Source: an uncultured Chloroflexia bacterium
Lineage (GTDB): Bacteria > Chloroflexota > Anaerolineae > CG2-30-64-16
Assembly: GCA_963810095.1 (NCBI GenBank)
Contig: CAWEMM010000006.1
Span: 160,001 to 224,000 of the forward strand
Direction: 5' to 3'
Length of the DNA stretch: 64,000 nt
Each line of letters starts with the position of its first letter. The stretch's first letter is position 1. The notes under the pieces are model-generated. The model saw only the letters and a program-made list of their open reading frames with translations. It was not told where the DNA came from and did not search any database. Made by a program: the position numbers and the translations under genes. Below are positions 32,183 through 44,190 of the stretch, one piece after another.

Positions 32183-32893
32183 ATGAAACTTCTTCACATC
32201 ATCGCGTCTCCGCGCGAAGACAGATCTAATACTCTCCGGGTCGCGAATGCCTTCCTCGAAATCGTCAAGGCCAGATATCCGGACGTTTCGATCGAAGCGA
32301 TCGATTTGTTCGTGCGCGACCTGCCGGCCGTTGCCGGAGACAACATCGAGAGCAAATACACGCTCATGGTGGGCGAGCGGATCGATAAGCGCCACCAGGA
32401 ATCATGGCGGCAAATCGAACTCGAAATCGAGCGCTTCCTCGCCGCCGACATCTACCTGCTCTCCACGCCCATGTGGAACCTCAGCATCCCGTACGCGCTG
32501 AAGTACTACATCGATGCACTGGTCCAGCCGGGCTACCTATTCAGGTACAACGAGAAGGGCCAGGCTATCGGGCTCGCGACGGGGAAGAAAATGGTTTGCG
32601 TGACGAGTCGCGGCGGCGATTATTCCGACAGGAGCTACCTGAAATCCTACGATTTCCAGGAGCCGTACCTGCGCGCAATCTTCGGATTCGTCGGCATAAC
32701 GGATATCCATTTCGTGAACGCCCAACCGATGGACATCACCGTCGAACTGCGCGAGGCCGCGCTTCAAGCCGCGCTCGCAGAGGTCCGAAGTTTAGCGGGC
32801 GGCCACGATTGGGAGACGACGGGCCACTCCAACAGGGTTGAGAATCCCGAGCAACTAAAACCGGCGCCGCTCAATGCCCCGCCGGCCGCCTGA
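32183..32893 (+). CDS. azoR: FMN-dependent NADH:quinone oxidoreductase / azoreductase
   Basis: IIASPR...SNT, PMWNLSIPYALKYYID, SRGGDY and YLRAIFGFVG. Confidence 0.92.
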   Translation: MKLLHIIASPREDRSNTLRVANAFLEIVKARYPDVSIEAIDLFVRDLPAVAGDNIESKYTLMVGERIDKRHQESWRQIELEIERFLAADIYLLSTPMWNLSIPYALKYYIDALVQPGYLFRYNEKGQAIGLATGKKMVCVTSRGGDYSDRSYLKSYDFQEPYLRAIFGFVGITDIHFVNAQPMDITVELREAALQAALAEVRSLAGGHDWETTGHSNRVENPEQLKPAPLNAPPAA

Positions 32894-33350
32894 CGATCGT
32901 CCTCGCCGTCCGGGTCAGCCACAACGCAACCGCAAGGAGCACGAGGCCGGCCGCGTCAAACATGACAAAGCGGGTCAGGGACGCGCGCGCCAGGCCGACC
33001 GCCGCCGGTAGCGACAACAAAATGAGGCTCTCGCCGGTCAGGCCAATGGCCTGCATGGCGAGAGCCTCCCAAAGAGACACCCGGCGGCGTGCCGGATGCC
33101 ACAGTGCGACAGCATACGGCACGTTCCACATCAGGAACAAGAGGCCGATGCCCCTCACAGCCGCCTCGCCCGCCGCTCCGCGAAGCTCAAAGCCTACCAC
33201 ATACGTCGCCGGGTCCAACAGAAAGGCGACCCCGCACTGCACATTCCACGCCAGCACGACCGCAATGCAGATGCGCGCCAGCAGGATGCGACGCGCATCT
33301 GACGGCGCTCCGGACGCGGCCAGGCTCACGCGATCGTCACTTCCGGGCAC
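32871..33350 (-). CDS. Hypothetical 4-TM membrane protein
   Basis: 159-aa ORF with four hydrophobic segments ([13 protein letters not shown]), overlapping the fbaB stop. Confidence 0.7.
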   Translation of the reverse strand: MPGSDDRVSLAASGAPSDARRILLARICIAVVLAWNVQCGVAFLLDPATYVVGFELRGAAGEAAVRGIGLLFLMWNVPYAVALWHPARRRVSLWEALAMQAIGLTGESLILLSLPAAVGLARASLTRFVMFDAAGLVLLAVALWLTRTARTIVRRPAGH

Positions 33351-34402
33351 AAATACACGTCCTGGATCGCGTTCAGGATCTCCACGCCTTGCGCCATCGG
33401 CTTCTGGAACGCCTTGCGACCGCTAATCAGCCCGGTGCCGCCCGCACGCTTGTTGATCACCGCAGTCTTCACCGCCTCGGCCACGTCGTTCTTGCCCGAC
33501 GGCCCGCCGGAATTAATCAAGCCGATACGGCCCATGTAATTGTTGAGCACCTGGTAGCGCGTGAGGTCGATCGGATGGTCCGAAGCCAGATCGGTGTACA
33601 TCCGCTCGTCGAGTTTCCCGTAGCTCGAATCGGCCAGGCGCAGCGCCTTGTACCCGCCGTTGTTCTCGGGCAACTTCTGCTTGATGATGTCCGCGCCAAT
33701 CGTTGCGCCCAGGTGGTTCGCCTGCCCCGTCAGGTCTGCCGAGGTGTGATAGTCGACGCCGCCGGTCTTGAAGGCATTGTTGCGGGTATAGCACCACAGG
33801 ATGGTCGCGAGGCCGAGGTTGTGCGCTTCTTCGAACGCCTCGCTCACCTCCGTGATCTGCCGGGTCGAGTTCTCGGAGCCGAAGTAGATGGTGGCACCGA
33901 CCGCCACCGCGCCCATGTCCCAGGCTTGCCGGATGTGCGCGAAGAAGATCTGGTCGAACTTGTTCGGATAGGTCAGCAGCTCGTTGTGGTTGAACTTAAC
34001 GATGAAGGGTATCTTGTGCGCGTACTTGCGCGCGACAGAACCGAGCGCACCAAACGTCGAAGCAACGGCGTTGCAGCCGCCCTCGATCGCCAGGCGTACG
34101 ATGCTCTCGGGGTCGAAGTAAATCGGGTTGGGCGCAAACGAGGCACCGGCCGAGTGCTCGATGCCCTGGTCGACGGGCAGGATCGAGAGGTAGCCCGTGT
34201 TGCCCAATCGCCCGTGTGAGAACATGCTCTGCATGGAGCGAAGCACCTGCGGGGTACGGTCGGTGTTCGAGAAGACCCGGTCGATGAAATCGGGACCGGG
34301 CAGCTGAAGCCGCTCCTTCGCCACCTTGGGAGTGTTAAAGCCCAGGTAGTGCTGCGCCTCGTTGCCTAAGCACGCCTCGATTGCTCTGATGTCAAATGCC
34401 AT
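33326..34402 (-). CDS. fbaB: Class I (DhnA-type) fructose-bisphosphate aldolase
   Basis: Start MAFDIR at 34402 after AGGAGG; [23 protein letters not shown] and [10 protein letters not shown]. Confidence 0.95.
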   Translation of the reverse strand: MAFDIRAIEACLGNEAQHYLGFNTPKVAKERLQLPGPDFIDRVFSNTDRTPQVLRSMQSMFSHGRLGNTGYLSILPVDQGIEHSAGASFAPNPIYFDPESIVRLAIEGGCNAVASTFGALGSVARKYAHKIPFIVKFNHNELLTYPNKFDQIFFAHIRQAWDMGAVAVGATIYFGSENSTRQITEVSEAFEEAHNLGLATILWCYTRNNAFKTGGVDYHTSADLTGQANHLGATIGADIIKQKLPENNGGYKALRLADSSYGKLDERMYTDLASDHPIDLTRYQVLNNYMGRIGLINSGGPSGKNDVAEAVKTAVINKRAGGTGLISGRKAFQKPMAQGVEILNAIQDVYLCPEVTIA

Positions 34403-34538
34403 GATGGACCTCCTGCATTCAAATGCCTGTCTCGCGACGACCAACGAGCCGATTATGACACAGTCCAGGGTCAACAACAAGTGATATTCAGTACCCCTGC
34501 CCGCGCATCGGGGCACGGGGCGGGGAAACGATACCCTA

Positions 34539-34567
34539 TTGACAATAACAAATAACCTCGCTATTAT
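34539..34567 (+). promoter_or_regulatory. Sigma70 promoter for the recombinase-like gene
   Basis: TTGACA-17 bp-TATTAT. Confidence 0.8.
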
Positions 34568-34621
34568 GTTCAGCAGCAGGACTATACGAAGAAGTTTAAC
34601 GCTCTAGTCGCGGAGGCGATC

Positions 34622-35677
34622 ATGTCCGTTGAACAGCCCTTCTTGTTCGAGGTTGACGCGGAGAAACCGTCAGATTTGCTGCACGGGCTGGCGCCCGATT
34701 CTACCGAGGCGCTGCCGGAAGAGCCGGCCGGCGCAGACCAGGAGCTCATGGTGGATGCGATGCCCGAAGACAGCGTGGTGGTTGCGGCGACCGTGCCCGC
34801 CGGCGTCGATGCCGGTGCGCCGCTGAGCGACACGGCCCGGGCGTTCGGCCAGCACATGCTGCGCCAGGGCTTCTCCGACAATACGATCAAGGCATTCCAG
34901 GCGGACCTGCGCCTGTTTGCCCGCCATGTGGGTGAGAACAAGGCGGTCGGCCAGATCGGGCAGAGCGACCTCGAGGACTTCATGGCCTGGCTGCGGGCTG
35001 AGCGGGGCGTCCCTTGCAGCCCCAAGTCCTACGCACGGCGGCTGACCACGCTGAAGGTGTTCTTTGGTTGGCTGCGAGCGGCCGAGGTGCTCGACAAGGA
35101 TCCTGCCGCCCCCCTCGTCCACGTCCACCCCACGACGCCCATGCCGGAAATCCTCTACGACGGGCAGGTGAACGACCTGCTCGCGATTACCCGAGACTTA
35201 CTCTGGGCGCCGAAACCGGACGCGCGGCCGTATTTGCTGTTAACGCTGCTGCTGCAAACCGGAATCAAGAAGGGCGAGTGCATGGAGATCAAGCTCGAGC
35301 ACATCGACGTCTCCAACCCCCAGGCGCCCGTGCTCTACATCCGCTATCTCGATCCCCGGAAAACGCTGAAGGAGCGCCGGTTGGCGCTTGGCCCGAATTT
35401 CGCACCCGCCTACCGCCAGTACCTGCGGGAGTACCAGCCCAAGGAACACCTCTTCGAGTGCACCGCACGAAATCTGGAGTACGTGCTGGAGGAGGCCGCC
35501 GGCCTCGCGCACATTCCGGGTGGATGCTCTTTCGAGCAGCTGCGCTGGACCTGCGCGGTGCGCGACTATCGGAATGGGATGGCGGCAGACCAGCTGCGCC
35601 AAAAGCTGGGACTGTCGATGATTACGTGGCGCGAGACGCTGCCCAAGATTCAGAAGCTGGCACGGCCGGCGCTGTAG
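34622..35677 (+). CDS. XerC/D-like tyrosine recombinase homologue with a degenerate active site
   Basis: SAM-like domain (SDNTIKAFQADL...SPKSYARRLTTLKVFF...DPA). Box I reads TGIKKGE, box II EQLRWT and LGLS; no C-terminal Tyr. Confidence 0.85.
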   Translation: MSVEQPFLFEVDAEKPSDLLHGLAPDSTEALPEEPAGADQELMVDAMPEDSVVVAATVPAGVDAGAPLSDTARAFGQHMLRQGFSDNTIKAFQADLRLFARHVGENKAVGQIGQSDLEDFMAWLRAERGVPCSPKSYARRLTTLKVFFGWLRAAEVLDKDPAAPLVHVHPTTPMPEILYDGQVNDLLAITRDLLWAPKPDARPYLLLTLLLQTGIKKGECMEIKLEHIDVSNPQAPVLYIRYLDPRKTLKERRLALGPNFAPAYRQYLREYQPKEHLFECTARNLEYVLEEAAGLAHIPGGCSFEQLRWTCAVRDYRNGMAADQLRQKLGLSMITWRETLPKIQKLARPAL

Positions 35678-35706
35678 CTCGGGCAGATGCGCCCGCCGAG
35701 GAAGAC

Positions 35707-37129
35707 TTAGGGGGTGGGAGTGGGGGCCGGGGTGCGCGGCGCGCCGGAATTGGTCAGCGGGAGCAGCAGGGTGAGCAGGGCCGCATACTGCTCGTGCGCG
35801 TCGAGATAGGTCCCGCTCCACCCGCCCACGGCATACAGCTTGTTGTTCAACGGCGTCACCGCCAGATTGCGCCAGGCGCCGCCTACCGGCGTCCCCAATC
35901 GCGACCAGGCGTCCAGGCGCACATCATATTGCTCGTTGAACGCATCCCCATCGTCGCCGCCGCCCAGCGCAAACACCTGATTGCCCGCTGCAGCCACGCC
36001 GAGGCCCGACCGCGGCTGCTTGAGAGACGCCTTACGCTGCCAGGGCGAAGCTTTGGCCGAGTCGGCCCGGGGGTCGAACGCCAGGAGATCGGCGAGATCA
36101 CTGCGGCCGTCCGTGCCGCCGACGACGTAGACCGTGTCCTTCACAGCCGCCGCGCCCGCAAAGCCGCGCGGGCCGGGCATGGCCGGCCCTTCGGTCCAGC
36201 TGCCCGCGGCCGGGTCGAAGATTAAGGTTTCTCTCCTGTAGGTCCCACCGTCCCAGCCCCCGAACAGGTACAGCTTGCCGTTCCACACGGCCAGCGCGTA
36301 CGCGGCCAGCGGGCGGGGCAGGTCGGGTCCCTTCGACCAGGTATCGGAGGCCGGATCGTAGATCTCCAACGCGCCGCTGACACCCCCATTGGGCGTCGAG
36401 CCGCCCGGCACGTAGATCTGGCCGCCCAGCCAGCCGGCCCCGACATTGGCGACGGGTGAAGGCTTGGGCGCACCCGACAGCCACCCATTTGTCTTGGGAT
36501 CATAATATGTGACTTCGCCGGTGACGCCGTCCGCCGTTTCGCCACCAATCGCATAGACACGCGCTGCCGTCGGTGGTCAGGGCAAGCCGGCTGCGTGGGA
36601 CTGGGAGGGGCGAGCCGGCCGTCCAGCGCTGGACGGCGACGCGAGGCGGGGCGGCCACCTGGGTGCGGCCGGTGTCGGTGAAAGCGGTGAAAGCTGCGGC
36701 TGCGCTGCGGGCGTTCAGCCAGGAGGGCGCAAGCGCGCCGAGCACGGCCAGGGCCAGCGCGGCGACCAGGAGACCCTGCTGCCAGGCGGCGGCGGGTTTG
36801 TGCATGGGCGCATGCGGCATTAGCTCGGGCAGGGAGATGGGCGGGAGCACCAGCGCGGCCGATGCGGGTTCGACGGCGGGCTCGGGAGCCAGCGCCTCCT
36901 GCACCTCGCCCGGGACGTGGACCCACCCGCGGCGGACCGCCTCCATCGTAGCCTCGGTGCGCGACTGGACGCCCAGCTTCTCAAAGATGTTGCGCAGGTG
37001 GACCTTGACCGTGTTCGGGCTAATGCTGAGATCGCGCGCGATCTGCTGGTTCGTCGCGCCCGTGGCGACCAGCTTGAGGACTTCGAGCTCGCGCTCAGAG
37101 AGAACGTCGTAGTTTTCCGATACAGTCAT
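35707..37129 (-). CDS. LuxR-HTH / transmembrane / Kelch-repeat protein; frameshift at ~36563
   Basis: LSERELEVL...SPNTVKVHLRNIFEKL, then TM LLVAALALAVLGALAP, then Kelch repeats (VYAIGG, IYVPGG, LYLFGG, VYVVGG, VFALGG, LYAVGG). Confidence 0.88.
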
Positions 37130-37149
37130 GCCGTAACGGGAGTAGATCG

Positions 37150-37221
37150 AACCACAAGACACCAAGACACGAAGAGCACAGAGACCTTTAGGAATCTCTG
37201 TGCCTTGGTGCCTTTGTGGTT
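37150..37221. repeat. Dispersed palindromic repeat (RCACRAAG-unit family)
   Basis: AACCACAAG-ACACCAAG-ACACGAAG-AGCACAGAGA...TCTCTGTGC-CTTGGTGC-CTTTGTGGTT. Confidence 0.8.
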
Positions 37222-37229
37222 TGCGCTGT

Positions 37230-39783
37230 CTATGCCCAGGTCATCAGTTGGGTTGCGAACGGGTTGGGTAGGTTCGGATGCTGCGGGCGGGCGCGCACGC
37301 CATAGGCAAAGCGGCCGCTCTCGGGCACGTCGAACGCCTTCTCGTAGCACAGCCCCCCGTCGGCGGCGCCCGCGCGGTCCATGAGCAAGGCAACGGACTC
37401 CATTGGCCCATCGTTCCCCTCGCGCACGCAGACCAGCTCCACGGCGATGTCGTCGGGCCCAAGCGCGCCCGGCTGCAGCGTCGCGCGCACCACGAGCGGC
37501 TTGCCGATCGTCATCTCACCCCGCTCGGGACCGGTCGCGGTAATTGCGACCTGCGGCCAGGCTCCCTCGACGCGGCGCGTCCCATTCGGCAAGGTCTGCC
37601 GCCGCCTTGCTGTTGTCGGCATAGACGCGGCTGCCCAGCTCGCCCGCAGGGATGTAGAACTTACGCAGGTAATCCTTAAGCATCCGGTCGAAGCTGAAGT
37701 CGGGCGCGACGGTCATGATGGACGCCCGCATAATCTTCAGCCAGCCCTCGGGAATCCCTTGCTCGTTCCGCCGGTAGTAGGTCGGGACAATCAGGTTTTC
37801 CAGGATGGCATACAAGGATAGCGCATCGGCCTCGTCCTGCGCGGCCTCGTTGGGATACTCACGCTCCGCGCCGATCGCCCAGCCGTTGGTCCCGTCGTAG
37901 GATTCGCGCCACCAGCCGTCGAGCACGCTGAAGTTTGGCGCGCCGTTCAGCCCTGCCTTCTCGCCGCTGGTGCCGCTCGCTTCGAGTGGGCGCCGGGGGT
38001 TATTCATCCAGACGTCGACGCCCGAAACGAGATGGCGCGCGATGTTAGTGTCGTAGTCTTCGACAAACACGATCCTCCCCTGGAAGCCCGGCTGCTGGCT
38101 GTACTGGTACACCTGCTGGATGAACGCCTTGCCGGGCTCGTCCGCGGGGTGCGCCTTGCCGGCGAAGATCAGCTGGACCGGCCGGTCTGGGTCGTTCAGG
38201 ATTTTCTTGAGCCGCTCGGGATTGCGGAACATGAGCGTCGCGCGCTTGTAGGTCGCAAAGCGCCGGGCAAAGCCGATGGTCAGCGCAAAGGGGTCGAGCC
38301 CGGTTGCGGCCGCGTTGACGTCGGCGGGCGGCGCGCCGGTGCGCAGCAGCTGCACGGCCAGCCGCTCGCGCACGAGTGCCAGCATTTCTTCCTTAGCAGC
38401 CTGGTGCTGGCCCCACAGTTCCTCGTCCAGGATGTCGGCTACGCCCGCCCACGTCGAGCGCTCGTCGATGTCGTCGCGCCAGTTCGGGTTCAAATACTGG
38501 TCGAGCAGCGCAATCAGGCCGGGATGCGCCCAGGTGTCGGTGTGGACGCCGTTCGTGACGTGGTCGATCGGCACTTCCGGCTCGGGCAGGCTGGGCCAGA
38601 GCGAATTCCACATGTGCCGCGACACCTGGCCGTGCAGCTCACTGACGCCGTTGGCCAGGCCCGCGGTCTTGAGCGCCAGCACCGTCATGCTGAACTGGGG
38701 ACCCCAGGTATAGTCATAGCGGCCCAGAGCCAGGAAACGGTCGCGGTCCATGCCCATGCGATCCCAAAAATGGCCGAAGAAGCGATCCATGAGGTCGAAG
38801 CCGAACGCGTCGTTGCCGGCGGGCACGGGCGTGTGGGTCGTGAAGAGCGCGTTGGAGCGGCACGCCCAGAGCGCCGCGTCCGGTTCGAGGCCGCCCTCCT
38901 GCACCAGCTCGCGGATGCGCTCGAGCTGCAGGAATGCCGCGTGACCCTCGTTCATGTGCCAGACCGAGGGATTGATGCCCAACGCGCGGAGCGCCCGGAC
39001 GCCGCCGATGCCCAGGACAAACTCCTGCGAAATGCGGATCTGCACGTCGCCGCCGTAGAGGCGCGCGGACAGCTCGCGGTCGGCGGGCGCGTTCTGCTCG
39101 ACGTCCGTGTCCATGAGATAAATGGGGATGCGGCCGACCTGGATGCACCAAACCTTGGCGTAGACCCGGCGACCGGGAAGGTCGACGAAGATCAGCACTT
39201 GTTCGCCTTTGGGGTTGGTGGCGGGCCGCGCCGGCACCTCGGCGAAGTCCAGCTTCTCGTAGATGGCATGCTGCCGCCCGTCGGCATCGATGCGCTGCTG
39301 GAAGTAGCCTTGCGGATACAGGAAGCCCACGGCCACGAACGGCAGACCGAGGTCGCTAGCGGTCTTGCAATGGTCGCCCGCCAGGATGCCCATGCCGCCG
39401 GAATAGATGGGCAAGCTCTCGTGCAGCCCGAACTCGGCGCAGAAATAAGCGATAGTCCGGTTTTCTTGCTGCCCGTAGTGCCGGGCGTACCAGGTGGCGC
39501 CGGGCTCCGGATGCATATACTCGTCGAAGGCCCGCATGACGGCCTCGTAGCGCGCAAGGTAGCTGGGATCAGACGCCGCGGCATCGAGGCGGCCCTGGCT
39601 CACCAGACGCAGGAACTTGACGGGGTTATGATTGACCCGCTTCCAGACCTCCGGATCGATATCCTGGTACAGCGCCTCGGCGCCCGGGTTCCAACTCCAC
39701 CAGAGGTTATAGGCCAGCTCGGAAAGCCGCGCAATCTTGGGATCAGGGGCCGAGTAAACTGCAACGTGCCCTAAAGTCTTCAC
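37230..39783 (-). CDS. glgP: Alpha-glucan (glycogen/starch) phosphorylase; frameshift at ~37580
   Basis: AYNLWWSW, YSGGMGILAGD, HMNEGH, FARRFATYKR and PLP motif EASGTSGEK; the C-terminus lies in ORF 37230..37622. Confidence 0.95.
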
Positions 39784-39953
39784 AGAGTTCTCCTTCAGTG
39801 AATCAGCACCCCGCCCTGGGGCGAGGCGAACACAATACGTCCGATCATTTTAGCAGAAAGCGGCCTTCTCGCAAGAAAGTTGTGCGGCGGCAGGAATCCC
39901 GGATCGAGCGTGACGTGTTACAATGGGCAGACTTAACCATCTGGAGGGTGTCC

Positions 39954-40704
39954 ATGGCTGATGCCGATGCTCCGTCAGGCCGCCGCTATCATTATCCCGC
40001 ACAGCCGCCGCGCCCCAAGCGCTACCTGCTCATGTACAAACCATACGACGTCCTTGCGGAGTTCGGCGACGTACCGGGCAAGGAAACGCTCGGCAAGTAC
40101 GTCCCGATCCTCGGGCTCGAACCGGCCGGGCGGCTGGACCAGGACAGCGAAGGGCTGCTGCTGCTCACCGACGACGGCGAGTTGGCGCACCAACTGACGC
40201 ATCCCCAGTTTCACGTGCCGAAGACCTACCTGGTGCAGGTGGAAGGCGCACCGGGCAAGGAAAGCCTGGAGAAGCTGCGCCGGGGCGTGCTGGTCAAAGG
40301 TGAGACGACAGCCCCTGCAGAGGTCGAACTACTCGAGCGCACCCCAGACCTGCCGCCGCGCCAGCCGCCGGTGCGGGAGGACGTGGAGACGAGCTGGCTG
40401 CGCGTCGTGCTGCGCGAAGGCAAAAAACGGCAGGTGCGCCACATGACCGCGGCAGTCGGACATCCGACGCTGCGTTTGGTGCGGGTGGCCATCGGGCCGC
40501 TGACCATGCGCGGGCTGGCGCCGGGTGAATGGCGCGAGGCCGAGGGTGAGGAGCTGGCCAAGCTGCAGCGGGTGATGCGGTCGGTGGCAGAAGACTCACA
40601 GCAGCGCCCGTCGCGGGCGAAGAGGGTCAGTATCGGGACGCGCGGGGCAGGGTCACGCGGCAAGCGGTCAGCGCGAGCGGAGGACATGGAAGAGTACACG
40701 CATA
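39954..40704 (+). CDS. RsuA/RluE-family pseudouridine synthase (3' end uncertain because of indels)
   Basis: YKPYDVL, catalytic GRLDQDSEGLLLLTDDG, EGKKRQVRHM and TLRLVRVAIG; extended -10 TGTTACAAT at 39916. Confidence 0.9.
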
Positions 40705-42226
40705 GCGCAGTTGGGCGAGGCGATGGCTCGCGGCGAGCTGACCTCGCGCGGCATCGTCGAGGCGTATCTGAGGCGGATTGCCGAGATTGACCAGGACGGT
40801 CCGCGCCTGAACTCGGTGATCGAGGTGAACCCGGACGCGCTGGACATCGCAGACGAGTTGGATCGGGAAAGACGCGACCGGGGCCCTCGCGGTCCGCTCC
40901 ACGGCATCCCGATTCTCGATTAAGGACAACATCGACACCGCGGATCGCATGCAGACCACCGCGGGCTCGCTGGCGCTCGCCGGCCACCGTGCAAAGGAAG
41001 ACTCGGCCGTCGCGGCGAGGCTTCGAGCGGCCGGCGCCGTGATCCTCGGCAAGACGAACCTGAGCGAGTGGGCCAACTTCCGCTCGAACCACTCCTCCAG
41101 CGGATGGAGCAGCCGCGGCGGCCAGACTCGCAACCCCTATGCCCTGGACCGCAACCCGTGCGGCTCGTCCTCGGGCTCCGGCGTCGCGGTGGCGGCTAAC
41201 CTGTGCGCTGCCGCAGTTGGAACGGAAACGGACGGCTCGATCATTTGCCCCTCGCAGACATGCGGCATCGTCGGGATCAAGCCGACGCTGGGGTTGGTCA
41301 GCCGGGCGGGCATTATCCCGATTGCACACAGCCAGGACACGGCCGGTCCGATGGCGCGCACGGTTGCAGACGCTTCCCTGCTGCTGGCCGCCATTGCGGG
41401 CGGCGACCCGGCCGACCCGGCTACGACGGCCGCGCCCGGGCAATTTCCCACGGACTATGCGGCGGCGCTGCGCCCGGATGGGCTCCGCGGCGCCCGCATC
41501 GGCGTCGCCCGCGCCTTCTTCGGCTTCAGCCCCGCCGTAGACGCGATCATGGAGGCGTGCATCGCCGCGCTGCGGGATGCGGGCGCCGAGATCGTCGATC
41601 CGGTCGAGGTCGCCCACGTCAAGGAGCTGGGCGAGACGGAGATGGAAGTCCTCCTGTACGAGTTCCATGCCGACCTGGACGCGTATCTCGCGAGTCACGA
41701 CGGCGAAGTGCGCTCGCTCGCCGAGGTCATCGCCTTCAATGCCGCCCACGCCGACGAAGTCATGCCCTACTTCGGCCAGGAGTTGATGGAGAAGGCACAG
41801 GCGAAGGGCCCGTTGGCGGAGGAGAAGTACCTGCAGGCGCTGGCGGCCAACCATCACCTGTCGCGTGAGGAAGGGATCGACGCGACGCTGGCGCAGCCAC
41901 AATCTCGACGCGATCGTCGAGCCGTCAGGCGGGCCGGCCTGGCTGACCGACCACATCAACGGCGACCATTACACCGGGGGAAGCTCGTCGCCGGCCGCTG
42001 TCGCCGGCTACCCGAGCATCACCGTGCCTGCCGGCTATGTGCGCGGGCTGCCCGTCGGCCTCTCGTTCGTCGGCCCGGCCTGGAGCGAGGCGAAGCTGAT
42101 CCAGGCTGGCGTATGCCTTCGAGCAAGCCACGCAGGTGCGGCGTCGCGCCCGAGTTTCTGCTGCGTATGGCTACGGTGCAGCATAATTTGCCGCTGAGCC
42201 GCGGACATAGCTGCACGGTCGCATGA
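40686..42226 (+). CDS. Amidase-signature family amidase; several frameshifts (~40701, 40918, 41895, 42103, 42146)
   Basis: [44 protein letters not shown] and GLPVGLSF. Confidence 0.88.
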
Positions 42227-43187
42227 TGACGCAGACCGGACACGCTTTGCCTGATCCTGCCGCTCCACGCACCGAACACGCCTACTGGCCCTATCTTTAT
42301 GTCAATCTGGCAACGCTGATGTGGGCGGGGAACATGACGCTGGGCCGCGCGCTGCGCGGGCAGATCGGGCCGTTTGCGCTGACCGCGGCGCGTGTGCTCA
42401 TCGCCTCGGATCCTGCTCTTGCTCCTTTTCCGGCGGCTGCCGGCCGCGGAGCGGCGGGTGGGACAGGACGGCCCCCTGCTGATCGGCATGGCCCTCACCG
42501 GCATCGTCGGCTTCCCCATCCTGCTCTACTACGCGCTGCGCTTCACCACCGCCACCAATGCTGCGCTGATCAACGGCACGGGCCCGCTGGTCACCGCGGC
42601 GCTGGCCGCCGTCTTGCTGCACGAACGCCTGCGCCCCGCACAGCTTGCCGGTGCGGCCCTGTCGCTCTCCGGCGTCGCACTGGTGATTGGCGTGGGGGTA
42701 GGAGGGTTCGCGGGCGGGCTGAATCGCGGCGATGCGATCATGCTGCTCGACGCCGCGATCTGGGCGCTGTATTCGATCATGGGCCGAGTGGTGATGCGGG
42801 GGCGCAGCAACCTGTCGGCGACCGCCTTTGCCACCTGGTTCGCGCTGCCGCCGCTGCTGGTGGCCGCTGCCTTCGAATGGCGCACCGCGCCACCCGACCT
42901 GACACCGGCCGGTGTGCTCGGCGTGCTGTATATCGGCGTGTTTGCCGCGTTCGTAGCCGTCATCCTGTGGAACGAAGGCGTGCGGCGCACGGGTCCGACG
43001 GGCGCGATGGCGTTCTACAATATGCTGCCCGTGTTCGGCGCGCTGCTCGGCGCGCTTGTTCCTGGGCGAGCGCCTGGCGCCCCTGCAAGTGGCCGGCGCC
43101 GGCCTCGTCGTGCTTGGAGGATTGATCAGCGCCCTATGGAAGACTTCTCTCTCACCGAGACGCGTGCCAGGCGTTTCGCCGCGCTAG
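42223..43187 (+). CDS. DMT/EamA-family transporter; frameshifts at ~42408 and ~43053
   Basis: [35 protein letters not shown] and PVFGALL...FLGE. Confidence 0.87.
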
Positions 43188-44185
43188 CCCTCAACTTGCA
43201 TCGGCCGCGAGTATCCCTACCACCCGGCGCACACCATCAATGGCCCAGCCGACGTCCGCCGGCCCCGTGAAATGCACCCCGCCTTCTACGGCTGCTTCGA
43301 CTGGCACTCGGCGGTGCATGGCCATTGGCTGCTGGTGCGGGTGCTGCGGCAGCGCCCCGGCGTCGCCAACGCCCGAGATATCCGGGCAGCGCTGAACGAT
43401 CACCTCTCGGAAGAGAACCTGGCCGCCGAACTGGCCTACTTCGAGGAGCCGGGCCGGCAGGGGTTCGAGCGGACGTACGGGTGGGCCTGGCTGCTCAAGC
43501 TGGCGGAGGAGCTGGCGGGGTGGGAGGATGCGGACGGCCGCGGCCTGGTCCGCCGCACTGGAGCCGCTGGCCGAGCTCATCGAGCGGCGTTATCTCGACT
43601 TCCTGCCGCGCCAGGTATACCCCATCCGCACGGGCGTCCACCCGAACACCGCCTTCGGCCTGACGTTCGCGCTGGACTACGCCCGGGCGCTGGGACGTTA
43701 CGAACTGGCGTCATTGGTCGAGGCCCGCAGCCGCGACTACTACGGCGGCGACGCAAGTGCGCCGGCCGGGTGGGAGCCGGGCGGGAACGAGTTCTTCTCG
43801 CCGTCGCTGATGGAAGCCGACCTCATGCGCCGGGTGCTGGCGGCCGGGGAGTATCAGCCGCTGGCTCGACCGCTTCTTGCCCAACCTGCGTGCAGAACGG
43901 CCGCGGGCGCTCCTCGAACCCGCGGCGGTCACCGACCGCTCTGACGGACAGCTGGTGCACCTCGACGGGTTGAACCTGAGCCGAGCCTGGTGCATGTGGT
44001 CGATTGCGACCGTCCTTCCAGCGGGTGATGCGCGACGGACAATCCTTGCGGCGGCGGCCGAGAGGCATGCAACAGCCGGCCTGGCGGGGGTCGACAGCGG
44101 GGAGTACATGGGTGACCATTGGCTGGCGACGTTTGCGGTCGCCATGCTGGATGCAGCGGACCAATTCGTGCGAACAGGGGAGTGA
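43136..44185 (+). CDS. DUF2891-family protein; frameshifts at ~43196, ~43541 and ~43856
   Basis: REYPY, HPAFYGCFDWHSAVHGHW, FERTYGWAW, HPNTAFGL, HLDGLNLSRAW and YMGDHWLATFA. Confidence 0.85.
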
Positions 44186-44190
44186 AGACC

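Noticed and set aside
34622-35677. Integrase marking a prophage or genomic island
   Set aside because: Catalytic residues are missing, there is no tRNA, att repeat or cargo, and the flanking genes are housekeeping.
39798-40923. Possible pseudouridine synthase-amidase fusion
   Set aside because: The junction contains at least one and probably two indels, and the amidase has its own SD (GGAGG) and ATG at 40686.
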